IMG/VR virus record: IMGVR_UViG_3300021420_000036
Location: 1-58,700 of that record
Source: a virus
Taxonomy: Duplodnaviria > Caudoviricetes
DNA length: 58,700 nucleotides
Direction: 5' to 3' (one strand)
Position 1 is the stretch's first letter. Every line of letters begins with the position of its first letter. This document shows, one piece after another, positions 57,271 through 58,700 of the stretch. The notes below the pieces were generated by a model, which ran no database searches, was not told where the DNA came from, and worked only from the letters and a program-made list of their open reading frames with translations. Both the position numbers and the translations under genes were made by a program.

Positions 57271-57307
57271 CCGCAAAGAACACAGAGAACACAAAACTGA
57301 AAGATTC

Positions 57308-57673
57308 ATGGATGAACCAAAACGCAGACATAAGGCCGTTCACACGGAGTTGGGAATTATTTCCGTCACCTCCAAAGACTACGTGGACGTGGTGCATTTG
57401 ACGCATAACCAGCAGATCATATTTATCATGGATTGCCAGCCGCGCAAGGACAGTCACCTGACGATCTCCAAGAAGTTTTATGAGTACAGCCATGACCAGT
57501 GGCAGGAGGTGTTCCGGGTGTATGAACGGTGGAAGCGGAAGACGATGCCGCATTTCACGATGTCGGCGCACAGCGGGCACACGCGGGACGGTCACGAACA
57601 CCCGTGGAGGAAGCGGAGTGTGAGCAAGGTGAAGAAGCCAAAAAACGAAATACAGGAATTTCCCGAAGAGTAA
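57308..57673 (+). CDS. Hypothetical protein
   Basis: ATG after a repeat; ends just before the next gene. Confidence 0.55.
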   Translation: MDEPKRRHKAVHTELGIISVTSKDYVDVVHLTHNQQIIFIMDCQPRKDSHLTISKKFYEYSHDQWQEVFRVYERWKRKTMPHFTMSAHSGHTRDGHEHPWRKRSVSKVKKPKNEIQEFPEE

Positions 57674-57675
57674 GT

Positions 57676-58083
57676 ATGAGCCAGACGGAAAATTGTCTGC
57701 GGGTGATCATGCCTTATAAATGGAACGGGCTTTGGGTGTTTGACGACGCATTGGTGGGGCTGGAAAAGGAGGCGTTGGTGTGCGGCATTGATGACATGCT
57801 GGACCGGCTGACGGAGGGCATCTTGAACCGTGGGAAAGGCGTGCTCTGCGTGTTCAGCGACGTGGCTTTTCCCGGCCACATGATTGAGTTGACCTGGCTG
57901 CGGCACGGGGACAAGGGGACGGGGGACTGGTATTACTGCGAGCAGTTCGGGATGGAAGGATGGCTGTGCCCGGCGCTGCTGAAATATTTCAAGCGCCCGC
58001 CCGTGAAGATTTTTGCGCGGATAACCGCAAAACCGGGCAGGCGGAACCTGCCACAACCCAAAAACGAAAAGGAAAATGTATGA
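57676..58083 (+). CDS. Conserved hypothetical protein (DUF6717-like)
   Basis: PYKWNGLWVFDD..VGL..E...G.D.M.D...EGWLCPALLKYF..PP. Confidence 0.72.
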   Translation: MSQTENCLRVIMPYKWNGLWVFDDALVGLEKEALVCGIDDMLDRLTEGILNRGKGVLCVFSDVAFPGHMIELTWLRHGDKGTGDWYYCEQFGMEGWLCPALLKYFKRPPVKIFARITAKPGRRNLPQPKNEKENV

Positions 58084-58394
58084 GCGAGACCATATGCATT
58101 CAAAATAATGGCGATAATTACTACGTGGACCTGAAAGGCGACATACTGGACGGGGACGAAAGCCGGCAGGTGACGGCGGCGGAATTGGAACGGATTTATG
58201 CTGCGGCCAGCAAACTCAGAGCCGCCGCCAAGGGAGCCATCACGGGCCTGAAATCGGACCATGCGGTGAGTTTTTGTGGAGAGGGTGGTCAAATGGGAGA
58301 TGTGATGATCGGATGCCAGTCGGTGGACTACGCAGTGGTGGTACTGGCGGTGAAGGCGAGCCGTAAGATGCGCGCGAAGAAAGGCCGCAAATGA
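58080..58394 (+). CDS. Hypothetical protein
   Basis: ATGA overlaps at both ends. Confidence 0.6.
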   Translation: MSETICIQNNGDNYYVDLKGDILDGDESRQVTAAELERIYAAASKLRAAAKGAITGLKSDHAVSFCGEGGQMGDVMIGCQSVDYAVVVLAVKASRKMRAKKGRK

Positions 58395-58700
58395 ACAAAC
58401 GGAGCTTGTATCCAATTATTGGGAGGCCACACTGTGGCTTTTCGCTGATTGAGATCATGGTGACGGTGACGCTGCTAAGCGTCATTATTTTGGGTCTGGT
58501 GACGATGTTCAACCAGACGCAACGGGCCTTTACGGGCAGTCTCACGCAGGTGGATGTGCTGGCGGGGGGGCGGACGACGGGGGAGATGCTGGCGCGGGAG
58601 TTGGAGCAGGTGTCAGCGACACCGGCCAATGGGTTGACGTTCTGGAGCACGAACGTGAGCACGAACGTATGGGCGCTGCCGCAGTCGGGACCGGGGACGA
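58391..58700 (+). CDS. 5' part of a prepilin-type N-terminal cleavage/methylation protein (GspJ/PulJ-like pseudopilin); continues across the origin into 1-541 (about 238 aa in total)
   Basis: ATG at 58391 overlaps the previous stop (ATGA). Translation MNKRSLYPIIGRPHCG|FSLIEIMVTVTLLSVIILGLVTMFNQTQRAF has the class III signal G|FxxxE plus a hydrophobic helix. In frame with ORF 20-541. Confidence 0.85.
   Translation, partial: MNKRSLYPIIGRPHCGFSLIEIMVTVTLLSVIILGLVTMFNQTQRAFTGSLTQVDVLAGGRTTGEMLARELEQVSATPANGLTFWSTNVSTNVWALPQSGPGT
58567..58700. repeat. Terminal direct repeat, right copy
   Basis: Matches 1-134 with one mismatch; implies a circular or circularly permuted genome of about 58,566 bp. 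Confidence 0.95.

Noticed and set aside
17062-57295. CRISPR array or integron attC array formed by the dispersed repeats
   Set aside because: No regular repeat-spacer periodicity, no cas genes, and no attC-type paired R/L boxes or integron integrase insertion

Overview
The window looks like one complete, circularly assembled temperate tailed-phage genome of about 58,566 bp: bases 58567-58700 repeat bases 1-134 with one mismatch. A pseudopilin, signal-peptide proteins and dispersed REP-like and short tandem repeats suggest a Verrucomicrobiota (Pedosphaerales/Limisphaerales-like) host; this is inference from style. Modules: replication/recombination on the minus strand (DNA methyltransferase, replication protein with an embedded HNH-like domain, VRR-NUC nuclease, Bet-like recombinase, Xis-like HTH); an attP-like 5' half of tRNA-Thr(TGT) with a tyrosine integrase; small accessory ORFs and a vWA protein; a glycosyltransferase/sugar C-methyltransferase cluster; a podovirus-like structural region (portal, ATP-grasp ligase, GroES, scaffold, capsid, fibre, inverted terminase, tail/adaptor, ejection proteins including a 2163-aa protein with a beta-clamp-like domain); and putative lysis and early genes. 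The most unusual element is a promoter-to-terminator minus-strand unit (37440 to about 36098). It encodes a 253-aa helical protein, a small CxxC protein and a roughly 330-nt non-coding region containing a 6-nt-periodic repeat array and a circularly permuted tRNA-like domain on a long closing stem. That architecture resembles YrlA/Y RNA, but no Ro60 gene is present. Other highlights are mini-ORFs resembling pieces of the capsid protein, two overprinted genes inside the giant ejection gene, and REP palindromes translated in frame inside terminase and Bet. Product calls come from motif recognition by eye, without database searches.
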